Shown piece by piece: positions 32,380 through 41,654 of a DNA stretch of 64,000 nucleotides. The position numbers were made by a program, and so were the translations under genes. Origin of the DNA: Thermodesulfobacteriota bacterium. Its GTDB lineage: Bacteria; Desulfobacterota; GWC2-55-46. Below the pieces are notes generated by a model that was not told where the DNA came from, ran no database searches, and worked only from the letters and a program-made list of their open reading frames with translations. The stretch covers positions 1,476,744-1,540,743 of the forward strand of contig CP129479.1 in assembly GCA_030583865.1 (NCBI GenBank). The letters run 5' to 3'. Numbering within the stretch: position 1 is the stretch's first letter; the number at the start of each line of letters is the position of its first letter.

Positions 32380-32906
32380 ATGGTGCGCCTGGAGGGTAAA
32401 ACTGCGGCCTCCCCTTTTATGCGGAGGCTGGAAGAATGGCTGTTAAGGTGGCAGATGGCGAGGGCTAGGGCGTCGGTCGCATCATTTTTTCCTGCGATAA
32501 GCCCGGTCTTGAGGAGAAGCCCCACCATCTTCTGCACGTCTTCCTTTGCGGCCCTGCCGTTTCCGGTCACGGCCTGCTTGACCGAGGCAGGGGAATACTC
32601 GTAGACCGGTATGCCGAACTCGGCGACGGTGACGAGCAGGGCCCCCCTCGCCTGCCCGAGCGTAATGGCGCTCCTCGCGTTCTTCGCGTAAAAGACCGAT
32701 TCGAGCGAAACGGCTTCGGGCCTGAACTCTTTTATTATCTCCCGTAGCCTCGTGGATATGCAGAGGAGCCTGGCGGAAAGCGGAAGCCCGCCACCGGGAG
32801 ATATGTCCCCGTGGCAGACGCGGACGAGCGCATTGCCCTTTCTCTCCACTATTCCGTATCCTGTAGAGACGCTTCCGGGGTCGATTCCCAGGACCATAGT
32901 TTTCAC
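32376..32906 (-). CDS. ruvC: crossover junction endodeoxyribonuclease RuvC
   Basis: 176 aa; LGIDPGS...GYG; overlaps ruvA start by 4 nt. Confidence 0.9.
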   Translation of the reverse strand: MKTMVLGIDPGSVSTGYGIVERKGNALVRVCHGDISPGGGLPLSARLLCISTRLREIIKEFRPEAVSLESVFYAKNARSAITLGQARGALLVTVAEFGIPVYEYSPASVKQAVTGNGRAAKEDVQKMVGLLLKTGLIAGKNDATDALALAICHLNSHSSSLRIKGEAAVLPSRRTI

Positions 32907-32921
32907 CTTGAAGGCTGCTAT

Positions 32922-33674
32922 TTAGGAGGCGATGCTCGACATCTCCTCAGGCGGGATGTCGAAGTTGGCGTACACGGACTGGACGTCGTCCAGGTCCTCC
33001 AGCTCCTCAAGGAGGTTAAGCACCTGCCTGGCGGACTTGCCCTCGACCCTAACCGTGGTCTTCGGCACCATCGCTATGTCGGAATGCGAATAGCGGACCT
33101 CGGCCTGGTCAAAAGCCGTTTTGACCCTGGCGTATTCAGTGGGCTCGGTATACACCTCGAAGACCCTGTCGTCCTGGTTAGTAACGACGTCCTCGGCCCC
33201 GGCCTCGAGCGCGGCCTCCATGAGCTTTTCTTCAGTGATCGAGCCCATGTCGAATGTGAAGACGCCCCTTTTTTCAAACATGTACGCGACCGAGCCGCTC
33301 TGGCCCAGGCTTCCCCCGAAACGCGAGAACGCGTGCCTCACCTCGGAAGCGGTCCTGTTCCTGTTGTCGGTCATGAAGTTCACTATGACGGCGACCCCGC
33401 CGGGCCCGTAGCCCTCGTAGACGCCTTCTTCGTAGACGACGTTTTCGAGCTCGCCCGCACCCTTCTTTATGGCCCTGTCTATATTGTCGGCAGGAAGGTT
33501 CTCTGCCTTGGCCTTCTCGACCGCGAGCCTGAGCCTGGGGTTCCCCGCCGGGTCGCTCCCGCTCTTGGCCGCTACCATGATCTCCTTCACGAGTTTCGTG
33601 AAGACCTTGCCCTTCTTCGCGTCAGACTTGGCCTTCTTGTGCTTGATGTTGGCCCATTTGGAATGCCCTGCCAT
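32922..33674 (-). CDS. yebC: YebC/PmpR family DNA-binding transcriptional regulator
   Basis: MAGHSKWANIKHKKA start. Confidence 0.88.
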   Translation of the reverse strand: MAGHSKWANIKHKKAKSDAKKGKVFTKLVKEIMVAAKSGSDPAGNPRLRLAVEKAKAENLPADNIDRAIKKGAGELENVVYEEGVYEGYGPGGVAVIVNFMTDNRNRTASEVRHAFSRFGGSLGQSGSVAYMFEKRGVFTFDMGSITEEKLMEAALEAGAEDVVTNQDDRVFEVYTEPTEYARVKTAFDQAEVRYSHSDIAMVPKTTVRVEGKSARQVLNLLEELEDLDDVQSVYANFDIPPEEMSSIAS

Positions 33675-33879
33675 TGAACCACCCCGTTGAGACTTTTTCT
33701 TAGGAACATAGAAACACACGATTCATAACACAAAACGGCCTGCTTTTCAATTTACAATCTGAAGGGGCGAGCCGTATCCAGGTCCGGGAGCGGGGCGCTC
33801 AGGTTCCTTATGTTATACTAAAAATAGGATTCGACGGCTCCCATATCTGAGCACTGCGGCAAAAAGCCGGAAAAGGAGC

Positions 33880-35337
33880 GTGTTTATGGACCATGCCGAC
33901 CGACACGGAACAGAGGGAGAGCTGGAGAGGCTCAGAAGGCGGGTAAGGGAGTTGGAAAAAAAAGAGGCCGAGCACAGGCGGAGCCTCGAAGAAAACCCCG
34001 CCACCATAGAGGCCCTTATGGGGTATATACCGGAGGGCATCATAATAGCCTCCGCGCCTGACGAGACCGTGAGGATGGCAAGCAGGGAGGCGCTACGCAT
34101 GTCGGGGAACGGCGGGGAAAGCATCGAGGGGCTAAAGCTCAAGGACCTTGCCGGCAAGTGCCCGGTCTACCATCCGGACGGCAGGAAGCTCAAGGAGGAG
34201 GAAAACCCGCTTTTCATCGCTCTCCGGGAAGGCCGGGTCATAAGCGACATGGAGTTCACGCTCCGGAGGCCCGACGGGAGCGAGATATTCGTCCTCGCCA
34301 ACGCCGGCCCGGTCTTCGATAAATCCGGTAAGCTCCTGGGCGCGATAGTCTCATGGAGGGACATAACCGCTAGGAGGAGGGCCGAGCAGGCCGTCTTAAG
34401 GGAACGGGGGCTCCTTAAAAGGGTGCTTGCCATATTGCCCGTGGGCGTGTGGATACTGGACGGTAGCGGCAACATCGTGGAGGGGAACGAGGAGGGACAG
34501 AGGATCTGGGGCGGCATAAAGCAGGTCGGCATCGAGGGCTACGGCGAGTACAAGGCATGGTGGGCGGAAAACGGCAAGCCCATCCCGTCGCACGAATGGG
34601 CGGGCGCAAGGGCCATTGAAAGGGGCGAGACCTCCGTAAGCGAAGAGGTGGAGATCGAGGGCTTCGACGGGGCGCGCCGGTTCATAATCAATTCGGCTGT
34701 GCCGCTCACCGATGAAAAGGGCGGGATAACCGGCGCGGTCACGGTAAACCAGGATATAACGGCGAGGAAGCTCGGCGAAAGGATGCTCGCCGAGGCCCAG
34801 CGTACGGCAAGGCTCGGGAACTGGATATGGGAGCCTGAAAGGGACCAGATATGCGGCTCGAGCGAGGCGTACAGGATATTCGGCCTCCGGGAAGGTCAGC
34901 CCATGAACATGGAGGAGTTCATAAAGATGGTGCATCCGAACGACAGGGAGGCACTCAACAACGCCATAAGTGACGCGCTCGCCGGAGGCGGCGGGTACGA
35001 GTTCGACTTCAGGGTGGAGGTCAGGGGCGAGACTAAATACGTCCAGGCCATCGGCAGGACCGAGTTTCGTAACGGAAAACCGGTGGCCGTAAGGGGCACG
35101 GTCCAGGACATTACGGAACGGAAGAGGACGGAAAACGAGCTGAGGGAGGCGCTCGCCCGCATAAAGACCCTTAGCGGCCTCATACCCATCTGCGCGAACT
35201 GCAAGAGGATCAGGGACGACAGGGGCTACTGGATGAGAATAGAAAAATATATAGAAGACCGCTCCACCGCCGAATTCACGCACAGCCTCTGCCCGGACTG
35301 CGAAAAACGGCTTTACGAAGATGACAAGGCTGCCTGA
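33880..35337 (+). CDS. signalling protein with three PAS/PAC domains and a C-terminal Cys4 zinc-ribbon-like tail (no kinase or GGDEF output)
   Basis: 485 aa; three PAS S-box repeats each ending with DIT(A/E)RK; tail IPICANCKRIRDDRGYWMRIEKYIEDRSTAEFTHSLCPDCEKRLY. One of only two plus-strand genes. Confidence 0.7.
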   Translation: MFMDHADRHGTEGELERLRRRVRELEKKEAEHRRSLEENPATIEALMGYIPEGIIIASAPDETVRMASREALRMSGNGGESIEGLKLKDLAGKCPVYHPDGRKLKEEENPLFIALREGRVISDMEFTLRRPDGSEIFVLANAGPVFDKSGKLLGAIVSWRDITARRRAEQAVLRERGLLKRVLAILPVGVWILDGSGNIVEGNEEGQRIWGGIKQVGIEGYGEYKAWWAENGKPIPSHEWAGARAIERGETSVSEEVEIEGFDGARRFIINSAVPLTDEKGGITGAVTVNQDITARKLGERMLAEAQRTARLGNWIWEPERDQICGSSEAYRIFGLREGQPMNMEEFIKMVHPNDREALNNAISDALAGGGGYEFDFRVEVRGETKYVQAIGRTEFRNGKPVAVRGTVQDITERKRTENELREALARIKTLSGLIPICANCKRIRDDRGYWMRIEKYIEDRSTAEFTHSLCPDCEKRLYEDDKAA

Positions 35338-35340
35338 TCG

Positions 35341-35500
35341 GCCTATCAGGACGTTGAAAAAGTCTTTCCTGGACTTTTTCAACCACGGCCTGGCCGGAAT
35401 GAATCCGTCCAAGCCTCATAAATTGCTCGACATTTTCAGCCATTGCAATTTGGCAATCCATCCGTGGATTGCTTAGCAGGGTGTTTTTCAACACCCTGCT
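35341..35500 (+). repeat. repeat family A, full copy (hairpin 1 at 35353-35383, hairpin 2 at 35475-35500)
   Basis: ~90% identical to revcomp of 55078-55245. Terminal hairpins gttgaaaaagtc..ggactttttcaac and agcagggtgtttttcaacaccctgct. Lies between convergent stop codons. Confidence 0.85.
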
Positions 35501-36908
35501 ACCCCCTTTTCCACCCGGAAGGGGCGCTCCCCGGCCCCTTTATGCCCAGCTCGCGCATCTTGAGGAGGAGCGTATTCCTGTGGATCTTGAGCGCCCTCGC
35601 CGTTTCAGCCCTGTTCCAGTTGGCCTTGTCCAGCGCGCCTTTTATGTAGCGCCTCTCGAAGGCCTTGACCGCTTCCTTGAAATCCAGCGTCATCTCCTTT
35701 CCCGGAGCCGCCTCGTCCGCTAGCGCCGGCATGCCCATCGGCAGGTCGTCGGCCCTTATGAGACCCCCCTCGGGCGCGAGCACCACGAGCCTTTCCAGGA
35801 GGTTTTCAAGCTCCCTGATGTTCCCGGGCCACCCGTAATCCATGAACGCCCTTATGACCTCCGGATGGACCCCCTCCACCCTCTTGCCGCACTTCTTGGA
35901 GAGCTTTTCGAGGAAATGCTCGACGAGCAAAGGCACGTCCTCCTTCCTCTCCCTCAAGGGCGGGAGCTCTATGGGCACAACCTTGAGCCTGTAGAAGAGG
36001 TCTTCCCTGAAGCGGCCCGCCGAGACCTCGTCCTCAAGGCGCGCATTCGACGCCGCTATCACCCTTATGTCGATCGTGATGGAAGAATTCGAGCCGACCC
36101 TTTCGAAGGACCTCTCCTGCAGCACCCTTAGGAGCTTTATCTGGAGGTGCATGGGTAGCGTCGATACCTCGTCAAGGAAGAGCGTGCCAGTGTCGGAGTG
36201 CTCGAACTTCCCGATCTTCCTCTGGTGCGCCCCGGTGAAAGCCCCCCTCTCGTGCCCGAAGAGCTCGCTTTCCATGAGCTCTGATGGCACCGCCCCGCAG
36301 TTCACGGCCACGAAGGGCTTCTCCCTCCTGTCGCTCATGAAATGAATGGCCCTTGCGACGAGCTCCTTGCCGGTGCCGCTCTCGCCCGTTATGAGCACCC
36401 CTGACGAGGTCCTGCTCACCGCCTGCATGAGCCCGAAAACCTTCCGCATCGCGGGCGACCTGCTTATCATCTCGCCGTTCAGGTACCTGAGGCCGTTCCG
36501 CTCGTTAAGCTCTTCCTTGAGGAACTCGATTTCGCTCTTGAGCTTAAGCCCTTCGGACAGCCTCGATAGTGTGGCAAGGAGCTCATCCCCGTCAAAGGGC
36601 TTGGCTATGTAGTCGTAGGCGCCTTTCCTGAGGGAGGATACCGCCTGCTCGGCGCTGTCGAGGGCGGAGAGCATTACGACCTCGATCGAGCCGTCGAGCT
36701 CCTTCAACCGCCCGAGCGTTTCAAGCCCGTCCATGCCCGGCAGCTTAAGATCCAGGAGCACTATTTCCACCGGCCTCGAACGTGCCAGAGAGAGGGCCTC
36801 ATGGCCGGTCCGGGCCTTCAGGACCTCATAGCTCTCCCTGAGGAGTATCTCGAGCGCGCCCGTTACGAAATCGTCGTCGTCCACTACGAGGACAAGTGGT
36901 TTTCTCAT
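35499..36908 (-). CDS. sigma-54-dependent response regulator (NtrC family: REC-AAA+-HTH)
   Basis: VLVVDDD receiver; GESGTGKE Walker A; GAFTGA sigma54-contact motif; C-terminal HTH. Stop codon lies in terminal hairpin of repeat A copy. Confidence 0.85.
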   Translation of the reverse strand: MRKPLVLVVDDDDFVTGALEILLRESYEVLKARTGHEALSLARSRPVEIVLLDLKLPGMDGLETLGRLKELDGSIEVVMLSALDSAEQAVSSLRKGAYDYIAKPFDGDELLATLSRLSEGLKLKSEIEFLKEELNERNGLRYLNGEMISRSPAMRKVFGLMQAVSRTSSGVLITGESGTGKELVARAIHFMSDRREKPFVAVNCGAVPSELMESELFGHERGAFTGAHQRKIGKFEHSDTGTLFLDEVSTLPMHLQIKLLRVLQERSFERVGSNSSITIDIRVIAASNARLEDEVSAGRFREDLFYRLKVVPIELPPLRERKEDVPLLVEHFLEKLSKKCGKRVEGVHPEVIRAFMDYGWPGNIRELENLLERLVVLAPEGGLIRADDLPMGMPALADEAAPGKEMTLDFKEAVKAFERRYIKGALDKANWNRAETARALKIHRNTLLLKMRELGIKGPGSAPSGWKRG

Positions 36909-37085
36909 GCAAGCTACCGCCGCCTGTTTTCTGAGGAGTCGCGCCATTTGCCCTGACCATTCACAAAAAATGTATTAATGAACCAATAGTAACATCTTGT
37001 GACTGAATGTCAAGGCAAAATACATTTTTAATTTAAACTGACAGGCCCAGGGCGAGATGAGTGTTTCCGGTTGTTGGAGGGCTTT

Positions 37086-38462
37086 TTATGCCAGATCTGC
37101 TGAAGCGTCTTCGTTCTCTATCCCATAACTCCTGATTTTTCTATAAAGATGACTCCTTTCTATGCCTATGGCCTCGGCGGTCCGGGCGATGTTCCCCCCG
37201 AACTCCTTGAGTTTCCTTGAGATGAATTCCTTTTCAAAGTCCTTCCTGGCCTCCTTGAGGAGATCGCTCCTGGAGATGAAGCCAGGCTGGACGGACTGGG
37301 AACCTTTGATATACGCAGGGAGGTCGCCGGACGTTATCGTATGGGAATGGGTCATTATGACGAGCCTCTCCATGAGGTTCTTAAGCTCCCGGACGTTCCC
37401 CGGCCAGTCGTACGAATAAAGCATCTCCCTGGCCTCGGGGCTTACGGAGAGGACTTCCCTTGCCGTCTCCCGCGCGAACTCCTTGAGGAAATGCTCCATC
37501 AAAAGGGGTATGTCTTCCCTCCTCTCCCTCAAGGGCGGGACATGGAACGGTATCACGTTGAGCCTGTAATAGAGGTCTTCCCTGAACCTCCCTCTTGCGA
37601 CCTCCTCGCTCAGGTTCTTGTTGGTGGCGGCGATCACCCTGGTATCGACCGTGATGAGCTCGGTCCCCCCCACCCTCTCAAAGCTCTTCTCCTGGAGGAC
37701 GCGGAGTATCTTGGCCTGTGTCCTGAGGCTCATGTCCCCTATCTCGTCCAGGAATATGGTGCCCTTGTCGGCCAGGTCGAACTTGCCCTTTTTCTGGGCC
37801 AGTGCGTTCGTGAACGCGCCCTTCTCATGCCCGAAGAGCTCGCTCTCGATAAGCTCTTCGGGAATTGCCGCGCAGTTGACCTCGATGAAAGGCCTTCCCG
37901 ACCTGGTCGAGAGGAGGTGTATGTTCCTTGCGACAAGCTCCTTGCCGGTGCCGTTGTCACCGGTTATGAGTACCCATGAATTGGACGGGGCCGCCTTCCT
38001 TATATCGGCCTTGAGCGACTGTATGGCCTGGGAGCCGCCTATTATCTCGAACCTGGCGCCGACCTTCTGCCTGAGGTTGCTGTTCTCCTCGGTAAGCCTC
38101 TTCTGCTCTATGGCGTGCTCGACCGTAAGGGTGACCTTTTCGAGCGAGAGCGGCTTTTCGATGAAGTCGTAGGCCCCGAGCTTGGTCGTCCTTACGGCCG
38201 TGTCTATGTTGGCGTGCCCGGATATCATTATGACCGGCAGGCCCGGGTGCCTTGATTTAATCTCCTTCAGGGCCTCGACCCCGTCCATGCCCGGGAGCCA
38301 GATGTCCAGGAGCACGGCGTCGGGCTGCCTGACCTCGAGTTTCTTAAGCCCCTCCTCGGCGCTACCGGCGGTAACGACCTCGTGCCCCTCGTCCTTGAGG
38401 ACGCCTAGGAGCGCTTCCCTTATCTCTTTTTCGTCGTCGATTACCAGGACTGTCGTCTTCAT
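37086..38462 (-). CDS. ntrX: sigma-54-type response regulator, NtrX-like
   Basis: 458 aa; REC + AAA+ (GDNGTGKE, GAFTNA variant) + HTH; 4-nt overlap with upstream kinase. Confidence 0.78.
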   Translation of the reverse strand: MKTTVLVIDDEKEIREALLGVLKDEGHEVVTAGSAEEGLKKLEVRQPDAVLLDIWLPGMDGVEALKEIKSRHPGLPVIMISGHANIDTAVRTTKLGAYDFIEKPLSLEKVTLTVEHAIEQKRLTEENSNLRQKVGARFEIIGGSQAIQSLKADIRKAAPSNSWVLITGDNGTGKELVARNIHLLSTRSGRPFIEVNCAAIPEELIESELFGHEKGAFTNALAQKKGKFDLADKGTIFLDEIGDMSLRTQAKILRVLQEKSFERVGGTELITVDTRVIAATNKNLSEEVARGRFREDLYYRLNVIPFHVPPLRERREDIPLLMEHFLKEFARETAREVLSVSPEAREMLYSYDWPGNVRELKNLMERLVIMTHSHTITSGDLPAYIKGSQSVQPGFISRSDLLKEARKDFEKEFISRKLKEFGGNIARTAEAIGIERSHLYRKIRSYGIENEDASADLA

Positions 38463-40693
38463 ATGGTCACGGTCTTTACGGGAAGCTCGATTACGAACCG
38501 GGTGCCCCTGGGCTGGTTGTCCCTTACCCTTATGTACCCGTTGTGGTCGGCTATTATGTTGCTCGTGATGGCAAGCCCCAGCCCCGTGCCGGTCTTCTTG
38601 GTGGAGAAGTACGGCTCGAAGAGCTTCTGCTTGGCCTCCGTGGGGATGCCCGGGCCGGTGTCTATGACCTCGAGCCTGGCGAGCTGCAGCTCCGGCATAT
38701 AGGCCGTCTCGATGCGGACAGCTCCGCCCTCGTCGCCGACCGCGGCTATGGCGTTGTCCATCAGGTTAATAAGTACCCTTTTTATCTGGTCCCTGTCAAT
38801 ATCAAGGACCGGCAGGCGGTCGTCGAGCGAAGACTCGAAGCTTATCGCCCTCTGCCCTGGCTTGTAAAGCGTCATGACCTCGCGTACGACCTCGTTCAGG
38901 TCGTTAGGGCTGGGGTTGGCGGCGGGCATCCGCGCGAAGCTCGAGAACTCGTTTACGAGGGCCTTCAATTCATCTACCTGCTTTATTATGGTCATGGTGC
39001 ACTCGTCGAAAACGGTATCGTCCTCCGGGAACCTGTCCAGGTACTTCTTGCGGAGCCTCTGCGCCGAAAGCTTTATGGGGGTGAGCGGGTTCTTGATCTC
39101 GTGGGCGATCCTCCTCGCCACCTCTTTCCAGGCCGACATCCTCTGGGTCTTTACGAGATGGGTAAGGTCGTCGAGGACCGCGACCATGCCGAGGTAGTTG
39201 CCGGAGTCGTCCTTCAGGGCGTTGAGGTTGGCAAGCACGGTCATTACCTTGCCGTCCACCTCGACCCTCATCTGCTTCTCCATCGATTCGAGCCCCATCT
39301 CGCTCATGGCGCGTATCATCTCCCGGAGCACCTCCCTGTCCTCCTCCCGGAGCACTTCCCTGTAGTTCCTCCCTATGATGTTCTCCTCGCCGGCCCCGAG
39401 CATCTGGGCGGCCACCCGGTTTATGGAGACTATCTTTCCGGACTTGTCGATGGAGATTACACCTGCCGGGACGTTCCCGAGGACTATTTCTATGTACCTC
39501 CTCCTCTGGTCGAGCTCCATGTTGGTGCGCCTGAGGTCCAGGTTCGCGGCCTCTATCTTGTATTTGCCTGTCCTCAGGTCCTCGGTCATCCTGTTGAAGG
39601 ACTTGACCAGCAGGCCTATCTCGTCGTCGGACTCGACGTTTATCCTGTAGTCGAGGTTGCCGCTCGCCACGGCATGGGTCCCTTCAGCAAGCTCGTGTAT
39701 GGGGACGGTAAGCTCCTTCGCTAGATACCGCCCTATCCAGATGGAAAAGAAGACAATGAAGAGGGTTATTATGAGAAGAATGGTGAAATAGCTCGCCTTC
39801 ACGGGGTACTTGAGGAGCTTAAGCTGCTTGTAGCCCTCAAAGGCCGCGGATATCTCCTTCATCTTGTCCATGAGGCTTCGCGGGACATAGTAGCTCACGG
39901 CCACTACCCCGGAAGGATGGCCGCCGACCGAGGGCGGAAGCGGCGCGACAGCCCTTACCACGTCGCCCACCTTGAGGGTCTGGATATAGCTGGACGCCTC
40001 TCCCGAGAGCGCCTTCCGGACGGCATCCTCGTCGGTGTCGGGGACCATGTTCCTTGTTATCTTGTCGGCAACGGTGTAAAGCTCCCTCTTCCCGTCCGAA
40101 GTGAAGACCTCGACCGTGGAGAGGTCCCACTCGACCATCTTCCGCCTTATGAAGTCCTCCCTGGCATCGGACTCGGCGCTCCCGGCCCCGATGGAGTCGG
40201 CAAGGGCCCTCGACGCCGCCTCGACCCTGTCGTGCATGTCCTTATAGTAGTTCTGGGCGAGCTCCATCGACTCCTGGAGAGAGTCCTCGACCTTTATGCC
40301 GAACCACCCGTCAATCGACCTGTTGATGAAGCCTATGACTATCACGAAAAGGAGGACCGTCGGCACTATTGAGAGGGCCACGAACGACGTGACGAGCTTG
40401 GTCCTGAGCTTCGAGCCCATGACCTGCCGCTTCCGTTCCATGAAAAGTTTTACGGTGTTGCGGAGTATCAGGAATACGAGGAGTATAAGGAGTATGATGT
40501 TGATGTTTATGAGGCCGAAGATGAGTATGTTGGTGGCGATCGGCACGTCCCCGCTCAAGGCCGAGAGGTGCGACTCCACAAGGGTGAGGATTATTATCGC
40601 CGGGACGACGAGGAAGATAAGGAAAAGCTCTCTACGGCGCCTTTTGCTTTCGGCGTCGGACTTCTGAGAGTCTATATTACGGGTTTCGCTCAT
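38459..40693 (-). CDS. ntrY: sensor histidine kinase, NtrY-like (TM-HAMP-PAS-HisKA-HATPase)
   Basis: 744 aa; N-terminal multi-TM; H-box AHEIKNPLTPI; G1/G2 boxes. Confidence 0.78.
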   Translation of the reverse strand: MSETRNIDSQKSDAESKRRRRELFLIFLVVPAIIILTLVESHLSALSGDVPIATNILIFGLININIILLILLVFLILRNTVKLFMERKRQVMGSKLRTKLVTSFVALSIVPTVLLFVIVIGFINRSIDGWFGIKVEDSLQESMELAQNYYKDMHDRVEAASRALADSIGAGSAESDAREDFIRRKMVEWDLSTVEVFTSDGKRELYTVADKITRNMVPDTDEDAVRKALSGEASSYIQTLKVGDVVRAVAPLPPSVGGHPSGVVAVSYYVPRSLMDKMKEISAAFEGYKQLKLLKYPVKASYFTILLIITLFIVFFSIWIGRYLAKELTVPIHELAEGTHAVASGNLDYRINVESDDEIGLLVKSFNRMTEDLRTGKYKIEAANLDLRRTNMELDQRRRYIEIVLGNVPAGVISIDKSGKIVSINRVAAQMLGAGEENIIGRNYREVLREEDREVLREMIRAMSEMGLESMEKQMRVEVDGKVMTVLANLNALKDDSGNYLGMVAVLDDLTHLVKTQRMSAWKEVARRIAHEIKNPLTPIKLSAQRLRKKYLDRFPEDDTVFDECTMTIIKQVDELKALVNEFSSFARMPAANPSPNDLNEVVREVMTLYKPGQRAISFESSLDDRLPVLDIDRDQIKRVLINLMDNAIAAVGDEGGAVRIETAYMPELQLARLEVIDTGPGIPTEAKQKLFEPYFSTKKTGTGLGLAITSNIIADHNGYIRVRDNQPRGTRFVIELPVKTVTI

Positions 40694-40699
40694 CTCTTG

Positions 40700-41245
40700 T
40701 CAGGCCGTAAAGGCATGCACGTGCCAGTCGGTCTCGAAGTTCAGGAATTTAAGGAAGAAGAATATGTAGTTGAGGAGGAACGGCAGCTCGACCGGGTCCA
40801 TTGCCGCCTTTATCCGGAGCTCGTAGAGGCTCCCCGGGATAAGGTGCGCGGGGGCCACTATCACTCCGGAACAGGCGGCCATGACCCTTTTCATCTCTTC
40901 GAAGTCCCTGGTCCGCACCGTCTTGTCCCCCTGCTCGTCAAGTACCACCTCGTACTCGTTCCGGAGGCTGTCGTACCTTACCGTATGCCTGAACTCCCAC
41001 CTGCCCACTTTTTCGTCGGGCAGGAACCTGTTGACTTTCCTGAGCTCGATTATGAAGTTGAACGAGGTAGGAAGGCCGCTCCTTACAGCCTCCTCGATGT
41101 TCTTGCTGAACGCGTCCTTGACCTTGAATGACACGGTAAGCGGGGGCCTTGAGACCTCCAGGCCGGTTATGAGGGGCGTTTCGGCAAGGAGGCTGGCCGG
41201 GAAGACCCATACCGCGAATACAAGAACCAATATGAGTTTTTTCAT
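40700..41245 (-). CDS. DUF4390-like secreted protein
   Basis: 181 aa with signal peptide; immediately upstream of the NtrY-like kinase, as is typical for DUF4390. Confidence 0.45.
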   Translation of the reverse strand: MKKLILVLVFAVWVFPASLLAETPLITGLEVSRPPLTVSFKVKDAFSKNIEEAVRSGLPTSFNFIIELRKVNRFLPDEKVGRWEFRHTVRYDSLRNEYEVVLDEQGDKTVRTRDFEEMKRVMAACSGVIVAPAHLIPGSLYELRIKAAMDPVELPFLLNYIFFFLKFLNFETDWHVHAFTA

Positions 41246-41439
41246 GGAAGTATTCGGCTTTGCTGCTTTTTATAATGTGGAAATTAATTCCTTTCAGGAA
41301 GAAGAACCCGAATCTTGCCCTGGTTCTCCGGCCTGAAAAGAATGATACCGGATTCCATTATCAAAAGCAATGACAGCGGCCCTGGCAAAGAGGGATGAGC
41401 GCATGACGAGTAGCCCCGCCGTTTGAGGGACTGACTAAA

Positions 41440-41580
41440 GGCAATCTCTAAAAATCAACCTTTTACCCGGATTCCGTTCAGACGTGGATGAAAATGCACA
41501 CATATTTATCATGCATGTATGCATCGATTTTTATTCCCGGCCTTTATTGCGGGAAGAATCTCAAATTATCAGAGGTTGCT
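41440..41580. mobile_element. MITE family B copy 4 (diverged)
   Basis: ggcaatctctaaaaatcaa ... aattatcagaggttgct termini; different internal sequence. Confidence 0.55.
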
Positions 41581-41654
41581 TAAACATACCTGATTTTGAA
41601 CGGGGTTTATGGCAGAGACTTTTGCGGGATTTTTGGCCTGGTCGGCTAAGGTAC

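Noticed and set aside
35276-35494. 72-aa ORF inside repeat A (and its counterpart 55121-55285 fused to the cytochrome ORF)
   Set aside because: It lies entirely within the hairpin-bearing repeat. The hypervariable segment changes the peptide freely between copies, and it is fused by chance to the downstream gene in copy C. It is more likely non-coding, though kept as a point to test.
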